Assembly (NCBI RefSeq): GCF_000143415.4 | Contig: NW_003314304.1 | Coordinates: 1,292,841 to 1,356,840 of the forward strand | DNA length: 64,000 nt | Direction: 5' to 3' | Origin: Selaginella moellendorffii | Lineage: Eukaryota > Plantae > Lycopodiophyta | Part shown: positions 22,361 through 31,820 of the stretch, one piece after another | Position numbering within the stretch: position 1 is the stretch's first letter | Layout of the letters: each line of letters opens with the position of its first letter | Translations under genes and position numbers: made by a program | Notes under the pieces: model-generated | Databases searched by the model: none | Told to the model about the DNA's origin: nothing | The model's input: only the letters and a program-made list of their open reading frames with translations

Positions 22361-25225
22361 ATGAGATACTGCAATGCCGGCAGGGCCAGGCGCGGGATCG
22401 CTTGGATTTCCAGGTATTTTGGCGAGCCAAGCGATGGCGCTGGCCCGGCGGCAGAGTTTGTTGCGGCATTGAGGGCTTGCGGCGTCTTGAAAGATCTGGA
22501 ACTCGGCAAGATCATCGCGGGCAAGGTCGGCAAGATAGACAAGTATGCCCAGACAGCGATCATCGATATGTATTCCAGGTGTGGAGAGATTGGAGAAGCT
22601 CGGAAGTCCTTTGACAGTCACATCCAGTGCCGCGATGCTGCTCCCTGGAACGCGATGATCCTGGGATACGTGAGGAACGATCGGAGCTCTCTGGCGCTGG
22701 AACTGTTTGCCAGGATGAGAGGATCGGCTTGCGAACCAGATGGTCGATCGTTTTTGGCTGGATTGGCGGCTTGTTCTAGCCTGGCAACGAAAGAACAGGG
22801 AGAGCTCATCGATGGAAAGCTCGTCAAGCTGGAGAGTTTGGCAAGAGGGATGGCTCTCTACTCTGACGCTGCGAAGAAGGGTTGTCACACAGAGATCTTC
22901 GTCGCGAACTCCATGCTGGATTTGTGTGGGAAATGCGGGTGCTTGGTGGACGCTCGCAAGATTTTCGACAGCATGGAGTGCCATGACGTGGTTTCGTGGA
23001 CGTCTCTGCTCTTGGTCTACGTGGAGAACTGTGAAGAAGAAATCGCGCTCGAGTTGATCGAACTTATGGAAGGCAGTGGATGTTCGCCAAACTCTCGGAC
23101 GTTAGTAGCCGGATTGATGGCTTGCTCGAGCTTGGCAGTGAAAGATCCGGGCAGGAAAGAAGGTGGCAGGCTTCTCAAAGTGAGGTGTTTGGAGAAAGGC
23201 AGGGATTTGCACCGTCGAGCAGTGGAAAGTGGCTGCGGGGGTGATGTTTTCGTGGCCAGCGCTCTCATCGACATGTACTCGAGGTGTGGAAGCTTGGAGG
23301 ACGCCGAGAACGCCTTCGCAGCTATCACACCTTCTCGCGACCCGGTTCCGTGGAACGCACTGATCCACGGGTGTGTTCTCAACGGCAAGAGCGAGCTGGC
23401 TCTGGAGAAGTTCCAGCGGATGAAAGCCACTGGCTGCGCTCCAAACGATCGAACTTACGTTGCCGTGCTCACGGCTTGCTCGAGCTTGGCCGCTGCTTCC
23501 AAGGACGAAGAAGAAGATGGCCGAGCTTTCTCCAAGGCGAGATGCTTGGAGAAAGGACTGGCAATCCATGCCGAAGCTGCGAAGTCCCAGCTCGATTCAG
23601 ACGCCTACGTCGCGAGCGCTCTGGTGGAGATGTACGCCAGGAGTGGAAGCATGGAGGACGCTCTTGCGGTTTTCCGGAAGATGGTGCCATGCCCGACGGT
23701 GGCAGCTTGGAACTCGATGATCCTGGGATATGTAGCAAGCGGGGAGAGCGATGTAGCTCTCAAGTTCTTCGCCAGCATGGACGAGCGGCCGGATTCACAG
23801 AGCTTCGTAGCAGCGATGATGGCAGTGTCGAGCTTAGCCGCGAGAGAAGAAGGGGACGATCATCGGAGAAGGAAGAGTTTCTGGCTCAAGGGAGGGATTG
23901 ATCTTCACGATCGAGCAGCCGAGCAGGGGTATGATTCCGACGTCTATATTGCATGCACGCTGGTGGATATGTACTCCAAGTGTGGCAGCATGGATCGAGC
24001 TCGCAGAGTTTTTGACGAGAAGTGTGGAGCTGGGAATCCAAATCTCGATCTAGCGAGCGTGAGCGTGGTGGCCTTGAACGCGCTGCTGCTGGGCTATGCC
24101 GAGAATGAAGAACCCGAGCTGGCTCTGGAGATCTTTGAGCACTACGAAGAAACGTCCCAAGTTAACGAGAGAACATTTGTAGCGGCGATGGTGGCGTGCT
24201 CGAGCATGGTGGAATCGATAGAAGGGGTTCCCGACCGGCGAAAGCTTCTCGAGAGAGGGAGGAGGATCCACTCAAGAGCCAGGAGGAAGTTCTTCGATGA
24301 CAACGTCTTCGTCGCCAACTCGCTGGTGGATTTCTACGCGAAGTGTGGCAGCATGGCCGATGCGCGAGCGGTGTTTGATGGGAGAGCTCGAAGAAGAAGA
24401 ATCTCCTCGCCGGTTCCATGGAACTCGATGATCCTGGGATACGCGGCCAGCGGCGAGAATGAGCTAGCTCTCGAGCTCTTTGCGTCCATGAGAGCTGAAA
24501 GAGTAGCGATGGATGCTAGGACTTACGTCGCGGCTCTCTCGGCGTGCTCGAATATGGCGGCTCCCCAATCTGGAATAGCGATCCACGCGGAGATCTGCCG
24601 GCAGGGACTCGAGAGCCGGGAGTTTGTGGCGAGCTCGCTCGTGGATTTCTACGCCAAGTGTGGGAAGATGGGCGCTGCTTGCCAGGTCTTTGATTCGATC
24701 GCCACGAAGAGCACGGTGTTGTGGAACGCGGTGCTTGCTGGCTATGGCTGCCAAGGAGATTCTTCCCGGGCACTGGAAACTTTCCAGAGAATGGTCGATG
24801 AAGGCATCGAGCTGGGGAGTGTGACGCTTCTCTCGATCCTCACTGCGTGTAGCCGTGCTGGCCTGGTAGAAACTGGCAAGAAAATCTTCGCGCGCATGGA
24901 ATTCCAGCCTCGAATCGAGCACTACCAGTGCATGATCGATCTTCTCGGGCGCGCGAATCGCTTGGAGGAGGCTCTAGCAATGATCCGGAGCATGCCCTAC
25001 GACGCTACAGTGGTGTCGTGGACGACGCTGCTTGGAGCCTGCGAGAAATGGAAGAATGTGGAGATTGGAGAGCTCGCATTTCGATCGCTAGTGAGCTTGG
25101 ATGAGAATCACGGCGCAGCGTACACATTGATGGCGAAGATTTTGGCTGGATCGGCAGGAATTCCTCCTCCTCGCGGGAAATCGCAAGAACTAGTAAGAAA
25201 TATTTCCACCAGGTATAAACCCTAA
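22361..25225 (+). CDS. PLS-E PPR protein with extended L motifs
   Basis: P-L-S triplets (DMYSRCG..EDA, WNSMILGY, TYVA.L.ACS) and an E domain (SWTTLLGAC...AAYTLMAKI). Confidence 0.92.
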   Translation: MRYCNAGRARRGIAWISRYFGEPSDGAGPAAEFVAALRACGVLKDLELGKIIAGKVGKIDKYAQTAIIDMYSRCGEIGEARKSFDSHIQCRDAAPWNAMILGYVRNDRSSLALELFARMRGSACEPDGRSFLAGLAACSSLATKEQGELIDGKLVKLESLARGMALYSDAAKKGCHTEIFVANSMLDLCGKCGCLVDARKIFDSMECHDVVSWTSLLLVYVENCEEEIALELIELMEGSGCSPNSRTLVAGLMACSSLAVKDPGRKEGGRLLKVRCLEKGRDLHRRAVESGCGGDVFVASALIDMYSRCGSLEDAENAFAAITPSRDPVPWNALIHGCVLNGKSELALEKFQRMKATGCAPNDRTYVAVLTACSSLAAASKDEEEDGRAFSKARCLEKGLAIHAEAAKSQLDSDAYVASALVEMYARSGSMEDALAVFRKMVPCPTVAAWNSMILGYVASGESDVALKFFASMDERPDSQSFVAAMMAVSSLAAREEGDDHRRRKSFWLKGGIDLHDRAAEQGYDSDVYIACTLVDMYSKCGSMDRARRVFDEKCGAGNPNLDLASVSVVALNALLLGYAENEEPELALEIFEHYEETSQVNERTFVAAMVACSSMVESIEGVPDRRKLLERGRRIHSRARRKFFDDNVFVANSLVDFYAKCGSMADARAVFDGRARRRRISSPVPWNSMILGYAASGENELALELFASMRAERVAMDARTYVAALSACSNMAAPQSGIAIHAEICRQGLESREFVASSLVDFYAKCGKMGAACQVFDSIATKSTVLWNAVLAGYGCQGDSSRALETFQRMVDEGIELGSVTLLSILTACSRAGLVETGKKIFARMEFQPRIEHYQCMIDLLGRANRLEEALAMIRSMPYDATVVSWTTLLGACEKWKNVEIGELAFRSLVSLDENHGAAYTLMAKILAGSAGIPPPRGKSQELVRNISTRYKP
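25214..25225 (+). promoter_or_regulatory. TATA-like and telo-box motif overlapping the PPR stop codon, upstream of IPK1
   Basis: TATAAACCCTAA ends 16 nt before the IPK1 ATG. Confidence 0.35.
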
Positions 25226-25241
25226 ACGAAGGCCTGTTGGA

Positions 25242-26980
25242 ATGCATGCTTGGGGCGATGGCGCTCTAAATGCCGCCGGCGACTGGCGCTACAAGGGAGA
25301 AGGCGCATCCAATGTCGTGCTCGACTATCGTGGATCGGATTCACAGCTCGTAAGTCTGGATTTCTTTCTTTCTCGGGATTTCGATAGAATGCCGCCAAGC
25401 GAGCTTCTTCCATGCAGCTTGGAACAGTGCTGAGGATCCGGAAGGCGCCACTGCGAGAGAATGGAGGGGGGTGCGCTCCTGTTCTCTCCGATCTGGAGAG
25501 AAATCTCTGGAAAGATTGGCCTGCCGTGGCGTCCTCGAGCAACGAAGAGGAATTGCGCCACGTATACGTGAGAGATGTGATGCGGCCATTGCTGGGTGAG
25601 GACTACGTTGATTCCGGGGTGTGTGTTCTCTACTAAGATTTTTCTTTCTATCCTTTCTCATTCTTCTCGAGAGATGAGATGCGTCTTACGCGAAGTTTTT
25701 TTCTTCCAGGTAATCGTCCCAGTGTCGAGAAAGTTTTTGGAGGACGTTTCTCAACACATTCGAGCAAATCGACCAGCATGGAGAGCTGAGGAAGCCGACC
25801 TGGATTTTTCCAGCAAGAACGTTCTTGCCGTGTGCGACCACACCTTGTTTCCAGGTTTGTTTCATTGCTTGGTGTTTGACTTGGAGAGTTCTAAGTGCAC
25901 CATCTCTTTTCCAGGCGTGAGAGCGAATGAATCCGACTCTCCCACCTTGTCTATCGAGATAAAGGTCTGGTTTCTTCTTTCTCTTGTGGTTTTAGTGATG
26001 GCCAGGCTTTTTTTTCAGCCCAAGTGGGGATACTTGCCACAGTCCGATGCCATTTCAACCGAAAATCACGTGAAGAAGGTGGTTTCCCGCTTCGCAATGC
26101 ACCAGCTTCTCAAGTTCGTTCAAGGCAAGGTATGCAAAATTGATTCTTTCACCTAGCTAGTATGAACTTCTTTCTTCTTTTGTCTACAGATACGAAGCTC
26201 TAGCTCTTACTGCCCGCTTGACCTCTTTTCTGGAACGCGCGATGGAATAATCAAGGCTTTGAACGCCTTGTTCAAGAGTCCTCAGAACAACTTACGGGTT
26301 TTCAAAGACGGCAACAGGATCTTCACTGGAAGTGTAGACGGTGCACAGGACTCGACTGACAGCAGTGCGAGCCGTGATCTTCTAGAAAGATCTCTGGTGG
26401 ACTTCACGGATTCTGTGACGGGCCAAAGGTTGGACGTACTCGAGAAGCTGATAGCGGAGATCTTGCACAGCAGCGAGACCCTGAGGAAGCTGTTGCAGAC
26501 ACAACAGCTTGACAGTTTGGACATTGAAGGCGTCATACACCTGTACTATAGCTTCGTGGGGTTGCACTGCCCGGAGTGTGGATCCGACAAAACAGGATGC
26601 TCCATCGATTCGGACGTTGACAAGCGATCCGTTTTATTCGCAAGCCACCACTCCATGCCAGCCGATGAGCAAAGACGAAATCTCTGCAAGTTTCTTATAG
26701 CCGCCACTGCGAAGGATTGCAGCCTCATGGTCACCTTAAAGCCGCTTGACGATTCCATCGTTGCGTCGTCCGTGACCAGGAGCATCATCTCTTGTCCAAC
26801 GACTGGAAGATCTTACGTCTACAAGGTATAGTCTTTACTCCCCATGATGAGAGTCATTTGACAAGCTTTACTCCGCAGATATCATTCTTGGATCTGGATT
26901 TGAAGCGGCTGGACAAGATCCCTCACTACTTTCGCTTGGACCAAAGCATTGTCAAGTTCTATGCAGAGCACACTACATGA
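25242..26980 (+). CDS. IPK1: Inositol-pentakisphosphate 2-kinase (multi-exon)
   Basis: WRYKGEGASNVV, VLRIRK, EIK|PKWG, YCPLDLFSG, PQNNLRVF, FLIAATAKDCSLM, DLDLK, with short GT-AG introns. Confidence 0.92.
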
Positions 26981-27125
26981 GACTAGGCCAGTCGAATCTT
27001 TGAATAACTGTGAGTTTTGGACGACCTTCTTTTCTCACATTGCCTTTTCTCCTTTGCTTTCAGAAAGTATTTAGGGGTTAAGAGAGCGAGAGGCAAGGGA
27101 AGCAGCAAAAAAGCTGAAGAGGTAA

Positions 27126-27995
27126 ATGGCCGCCAGTGCTACCAATGCTTTCAATGGCACTGCCTGGCGGAGCGTCCGCTCGAGCATTCGCTACTGGGCC
27201 GCGGAGCACCCGCCGGTTGCCAGATTCCGATGGGACTTCAACACCTTCGGTGCGTCGTGGACGTTCCTGGTCGCCTCCGTGCCGCTCTACCTCTCGCTCG
27301 TCCTGCTGCTCAAGCTCCTGCTCAGCTTCCGCAAGAGGCCGGTTCCATTGGGTCCGGTGCCAGTGCTGCACAACATGGTTCTCGTGGTGGGATCTGCGGC
27401 CATGTTTATCGGCTGCCTCCAAGCTACGGTGATTGAGATCCAGGAGAACAGGTGGCTATGGAACAAGAAGAAGGGGCTCAACTGGCTACTGTGCTTCCCG
27501 CTGGGGACGAGATCCGTGGGGAGGGTCTTCTTCTGGTCCTACGTTTACTACCTCAGCAAGTTCTACGAGCTGCTCGACACCGCTATCCTCATCCTCCGCA
27601 AGAAGCCGCTGACGTTCCTCCACGTCTTCCACCACTCGACCGTGATCGTGATGTGCTTCTTTTGGCTCCAGTTCACGCAGTCGCTCCAGGTGATCGCGCT
27701 GCTCACCAACACCGGCGTTCACGTCGCCATGTACACGTACTACTTGCTGTGCAGCCTCGGACTCCACCCGCCATGGAAGAAGATGGTGACCAACTTGCAG
27801 ATCTATCAGTTCCTCTTCAGCTTCGTGGTGTCGCTGGCGATGATGGTGCTCCATTTGGGGGGCGAGGGCTGTGCTGGGATCGGGGCTTGGTCCTTCAACT
27901 TTGGTTTCAACATCATCCTGCTCATGCTCTTCGCGAATTTCCACTCGCAGCAGTACGGGAATGCCAACGGCCAGGGAAAGAAGAAGAGGATGTAG
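27126..27995 (+). CDS. ELO/GNS1/SUR4-family fatty acid elongase (HOS3-like), intronless
   Basis: YYLSKFYELLDT, FLHVFHH His box, HVAMYTYY, C-terminal KKKRM. Confidence 0.93.
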   Translation: MAASATNAFNGTAWRSVRSSIRYWAAEHPPVARFRWDFNTFGASWTFLVASVPLYLSLVLLLKLLLSFRKRPVPLGPVPVLHNMVLVVGSAAMFIGCLQATVIEIQENRWLWNKKKGLNWLLCFPLGTRSVGRVFFWSYVYYLSKFYELLDTAILILRKKPLTFLHVFHHSTVIVMCFFWLQFTQSLQVIALLTNTGVHVAMYTYYLLCSLGLHPPWKKMVTNLQIYQFLFSFVVSLAMMVLHLGGEGCAGIGAWSFNFGFNIILLMLFANFHSQQYGNANGQGKKKRM

Positions 27996-28050
27996 CAGCA
28001 AGTAAGCCATCTCTTTCCTTTCACTATAGCTCAGTAGCTCTGTAGAGCTA

Positions 28051-28052
<2 letters not shown>

Positions 28053-28083
<31 letters not shown>
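28053..28083. repeat. (CT)n microsatellite
   Basis: About 15 CT units read directly. Confidence 0.95.
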
Positions 28084-28085
<2 letters not shown>

Positions 28086-28166
28086 GCTATTCTTCCAGCT
28101 CCATCGTTCCTTTTTGTTCTTCGCTTTTTCTCTTGGAAAAGAGCGATGATCTCTTCTTGAAGTTGG

Positions 28167-30131
28167 ATGGTTTACGCAATAGCTTGCTCGTCACCTCTGC
28201 CTGGATCTAGTCTACCGCCTCGTAGCTTCGCTGATGGCACCCCCACGACTTTCCACCAGAACAAGATGATCGAAGCCTATGGAAAGTGTGGAAGGCTCGA
28301 GGATGCTCTCGACGTCTTCCACGCCATTCAAGACAAAGATTCCTTCTCCTGGAACCTAATGCTCGCTGCCTTGTGCCGCGCCGGGGAGCTCAAAAATGCC
28401 AGGGCCTTGCTGGATTTTATGCCAGAGAAAGATCTGGTGTCGTGGAACACGATGCTCGCGGCATACGCCCAAACTGGGCATCTTGGTCTAGCCGAGGAGA
28501 TCTTTGCCGCAATGCCGTTTTGGAGCCTGGCCACGTGGAATGCCATGCTGGCAGGGTACGCAGAGAACGACCAGCTGGACCAATCCCAGCGCGTCTTTCG
28601 GGCAATGCCGGAAAAGAATCTGGTAACGTGGACTGCCTTGGTCACAGCACTTGCCAGGAACGGGCATTTGGAGGATGCGGCGTCTGTGTTTGGAAATATG
28701 CCAGTACGGAACGTGGTGTCGTGGAACGTTATGCTCTCTGCGTACGGACAGAACTGGCAGTTGGAAAAGGCCCAGGCCGTGTTTAACAAAATGCCCGAGA
28801 GGAGTTGCAAGAGCTTCAATGCGATGCTCTCGGCATATGCCGTGTATGGGCATATGGAAGAGTCGAAAGCGTTGTTTGATGGTATGCCACAGAGAGACAT
28901 TGTGAGCTGGAATGTCCTGATTGCGGCGTATGCTCAGAATGGTTACGTTCTTCGTGCTCGAGAGATGTTTGAAAAGATGCCCGAGAGGAATCTTGTGTCG
29001 TGGAATTCCATGGTCTCTCTTTATGCCGACGCTGGAAAAATCCAAGAAGCGGAGGCTTTTCTCGATAGCATGAGCGAAAGAAACGTAGTTTCGTTTAACG
29101 CGTTGCTTTCAGCATATGCCCAGAACGGGCAACTTTTGCGAGCCAAGGACCTGTTTCGGGAAATGCCGTACCACAGCATGGTGTCGTGGAACGCCGTACT
29201 GTCCGGGCATGCACAAGACGGAAGGCTTGACGACGTGGTCTCCCTGTTTCGTATTATGCCGTACAACAACCACGTGTCGTGGAATGTCCTCGCGACGGCA
29301 AACGCCATACAGGGAAATCTCGAAGAGACAAAGAGAATCTTCGATGGAATGCCACAGCATGATCCGTACTCTTGGAATCTAATGTTGTCGGCTTTCGGGG
29401 AGAAAGGCTATCTGGAAGACGCGAAAAGAGTTTTTTACGCGATGCCAGTGAGGAACACAGTGTCGCTGTGCGCGATGATCTCTGCATATGCCCGAAATGG
29501 GCATCTTCACCAGGCAAAGGAGTTGTACGAAACCATGCCGAGGAAAAGCCTCTTTGCGTCTTGCTCCATTGTCACTGCTCACGTCGAGAATGGACACCTC
29601 GAAACAGCGGCAAAGATCTTCGATGCGATGCCCGATAACGATGATCCGGTTGCCTATGCAGCGCTGCTTGGAGCTTACGCTCAAAATGGACACTCGACTC
29701 AAGCGTTCCAGCTCTTCCACCGGATAAGTTTGATCGACTCACACTCACACCAGCAAGCGAATCTCACGTCGATTCTCATCGCTTGCACGCACAAAGGCAA
29801 GCCGATCCTTGGGAGGAACTGGTTTGCGTCGATGAGACAAGACTATGGCGTGGAGGCCACCAAGCAGCACTATTGCTGCATGGTCGACTTGCTCGCTCGA
29901 GCTGGATACCTGGATGATGCCAGGGATTTAATCGGTACCATGCCGTATGTTCCAGACATCTGGGAATGGACGAGCTTCCTCGGATCTTGCAGAAGTTACC
30001 GAGTCCATCGTCACGGAGCTTTTGCTGCAAAGAACTTGCTACATGGATCAAACTGGAGCGACGAGGCTCCGAGTTATCTCCTGCTCGCAAGCGTGATCGG
30101 AGGTGACAGTGGAGGAAATCATGATACTTAA
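28167..30131 (+). CDS. PLS-class (SS-rich) PPR-E protein
   Basis: Tandem 31-aa repeats MPE(K/R)NLVSWN.M..AYAQNG, then HYCCMVDLLARAG and an E domain. Confidence 0.92.
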   Translation: MVYAIACSSPLPGSSLPPRSFADGTPTTFHQNKMIEAYGKCGRLEDALDVFHAIQDKDSFSWNLMLAALCRAGELKNARALLDFMPEKDLVSWNTMLAAYAQTGHLGLAEEIFAAMPFWSLATWNAMLAGYAENDQLDQSQRVFRAMPEKNLVTWTALVTALARNGHLEDAASVFGNMPVRNVVSWNVMLSAYGQNWQLEKAQAVFNKMPERSCKSFNAMLSAYAVYGHMEESKALFDGMPQRDIVSWNVLIAAYAQNGYVLRAREMFEKMPERNLVSWNSMVSLYADAGKIQEAEAFLDSMSERNVVSFNALLSAYAQNGQLLRAKDLFREMPYHSMVSWNAVLSGHAQDGRLDDVVSLFRIMPYNNHVSWNVLATANAIQGNLEETKRIFDGMPQHDPYSWNLMLSAFGEKGYLEDAKRVFYAMPVRNTVSLCAMISAYARNGHLHQAKELYETMPRKSLFASCSIVTAHVENGHLETAAKIFDAMPDNDDPVAYAALLGAYAQNGHSTQAFQLFHRISLIDSHSHQQANLTSILIACTHKGKPILGRNWFASMRQDYGVEATKQHYCCMVDLLARAGYLDDARDLIGTMPYVPDIWEWTSFLGSCRSYRVHRHGAFAAKNLLHGSNWSDEAPSYLLLASVIGGDSGGNHDT

Positions 30132-31744
30132 CCGTGATCGTCTCCACGAGACGAGGTGATGTTTCTAGCCATCACGTAAGCTCTCGAGTTTTGTGGATCC
30201 AGCTCGATCAACCGCTGGGCTGCGAGATAGGCACGGTCTTGGTCACCGTGGAATCGGCTGGCACCAAGAACACACGTCCACTCGAGAACGTCCGCTACAA
30301 AGGGCATGGTTTCGACGAGCTCCACAGCCGAAGCCAAGTGACCAGAGCGGGCAAGCAAGTCGACCACGCAACAGTAGTGTTGTTTCGTGGGAGTGAGACC
30401 AAAATCCGTGACCATGGAGACGAAGTGGCACATTCCATCGTAGAGTTTTCCTCCGTGGTTGCAAACTGGAAGAACTAACGCGAAGGAAACTTGGTCTGGA
30501 AGTTGAGTGAGCCTTTGCAAGTGGAAGACGTGAAGAGCATCGTCAAGGAAGCCATTGTGGTGGTAAGCTGCGACCATTGCACTGTGAAGAACAACGTCGG
30601 GGTCTGGGCTTTCATCAAAGATCTGTCTCGCCTGTTGGATCTTTCCGTGCCGAGCATAAGTGACCAGCATTGTCGTCCATGACACTGTATTCTTGTAGGG
30701 GATTTCAAGCAAGGTTTTCTTGGCATTGTGGATACATCTCGCCTGAGCAAACGCTGCTAGCAAGCAGTTCCATGAGATGGTGTCTCGAACGGGCATTTCC
30801 CGAAACATTTGCTGGGTCTCCTCAAGATATCCGTTTTGAGAGTACGCAGTGAGCATCGAGTTCCAGGAGAGAGCGTTTCTTTCCGGCATAATTTCGAAAA
30901 CTCTTTTGGATTTGGAGACAATGTGATGTAAAACATAGGCATTCAGCATTGAGTTCATGGTGACAAGGTCGCGCTCGGGCATGCTAAAGAAGATAGTCTC
31001 AGCTTTATTAATATGCCCATCTTGGGCAAATGCTGCAATGACGGTGTTCCACGAAGTTATATCTCTTTCGGGCATTTCGTACAGCATTTTTTCTAAATTA
31101 TATTGTAAAAATGACGATGCAAAACAATCTAACATAGAATTGTAAGAAACTATGTTTCTCTGAGGCATATCACAAAAAGCCTTCCATGCTTTGTCCCTAT
31201 GCCCGTTTCGGGCATAGGCTCCTAACAAAGACGTCCACGAGATAACGTCGCGCTCGGGCATCTCAATAAACAGACCATCTAATTGATCCACATTCTGGCA
31301 AAAGGCTGCGAGCATTGAGTTCCAGAGGATCAAATCCCTGAGAGGAGCCTCATCAAACAACCTCTTTGCGTCATCAAGATACCCAGAATGGGCATATGCA
31401 ACGAGCAAAGTTGTCACGACCATCAGAGTTTTAACCGGCAGCGAATCAAAGAAGCCCTTGGCATCCTCAATTTTGTCGTTTCTGGTGTAGACGATGAGCA
31501 TCTGGTAAGAGGTGTGATCACTTACCACTGCCATGGATTCATAGACTGATCTAGCATCACCGACGCTGCCACATCTTCCAAACATGTCGATGAGCCTGTC
31601 ATGCACAAATGCATCGTCACGTCCAAGACAAGATTGGAGACTGGTGTAGATCTTCGTGGCTGCTCTAAGGCTGGAGCATGATTCTATGAGCTCCAAGCAA
31701 GCACTTCTGCTAAAATCCTTCATTCCGCTACAAAGGACTTGCAT
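30128..31744 (-). CDS. PLS-class (SS-rich) PPR-E protein
   Basis: MPERD..SW repeats, HYCCVVDLLARSG, EWTCVLGASR, AYVMARNI. Confidence 0.92.
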   Translation of the reverse strand: MQVLCSGMKDFSRSACLELIESCSSLRAATKIYTSLQSCLGRDDAFVHDRLIDMFGRCGSVGDARSVYESMAVVSDHTSYQMLIVYTRNDKIEDAKGFFDSLPVKTLMVVTTLLVAYAHSGYLDDAKRLFDEAPLRDLILWNSMLAAFCQNVDQLDGLFIEMPERDVISWTSLLGAYARNGHRDKAWKAFCDMPQRNIVSYNSMLDCFASSFLQYNLEKMLYEMPERDITSWNTVIAAFAQDGHINKAETIFFSMPERDLVTMNSMLNAYVLHHIVSKSKRVFEIMPERNALSWNSMLTAYSQNGYLEETQQMFREMPVRDTISWNCLLAAFAQARCIHNAKKTLLEIPYKNTVSWTTMLVTYARHGKIQQARQIFDESPDPDVVLHSAMVAAYHHNGFLDDALHVFHLQRLTQLPDQVSFALVLPVCNHGGKLYDGMCHFVSMVTDFGLTPTKQHYCCVVDLLARSGHLASAVELVETMPFVADVLEWTCVLGASRFHGDQDRAYLAAQRLIELDPQNSRAYVMARNITSSRGDDHG

Positions 31745-31820
31745 TGAAATGAAACGTCAACTAAAGTCAACTAAATGACCATTATTGACGATTCCATTAA
31801 AAATTGACTTGCATTGGCAG

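Noticed and set aside
22329-22363. Stop-codon read-through fusing the two PPR ORFs
   Set aside because: The 29-bp gap is out of frame and contains further stop codons.
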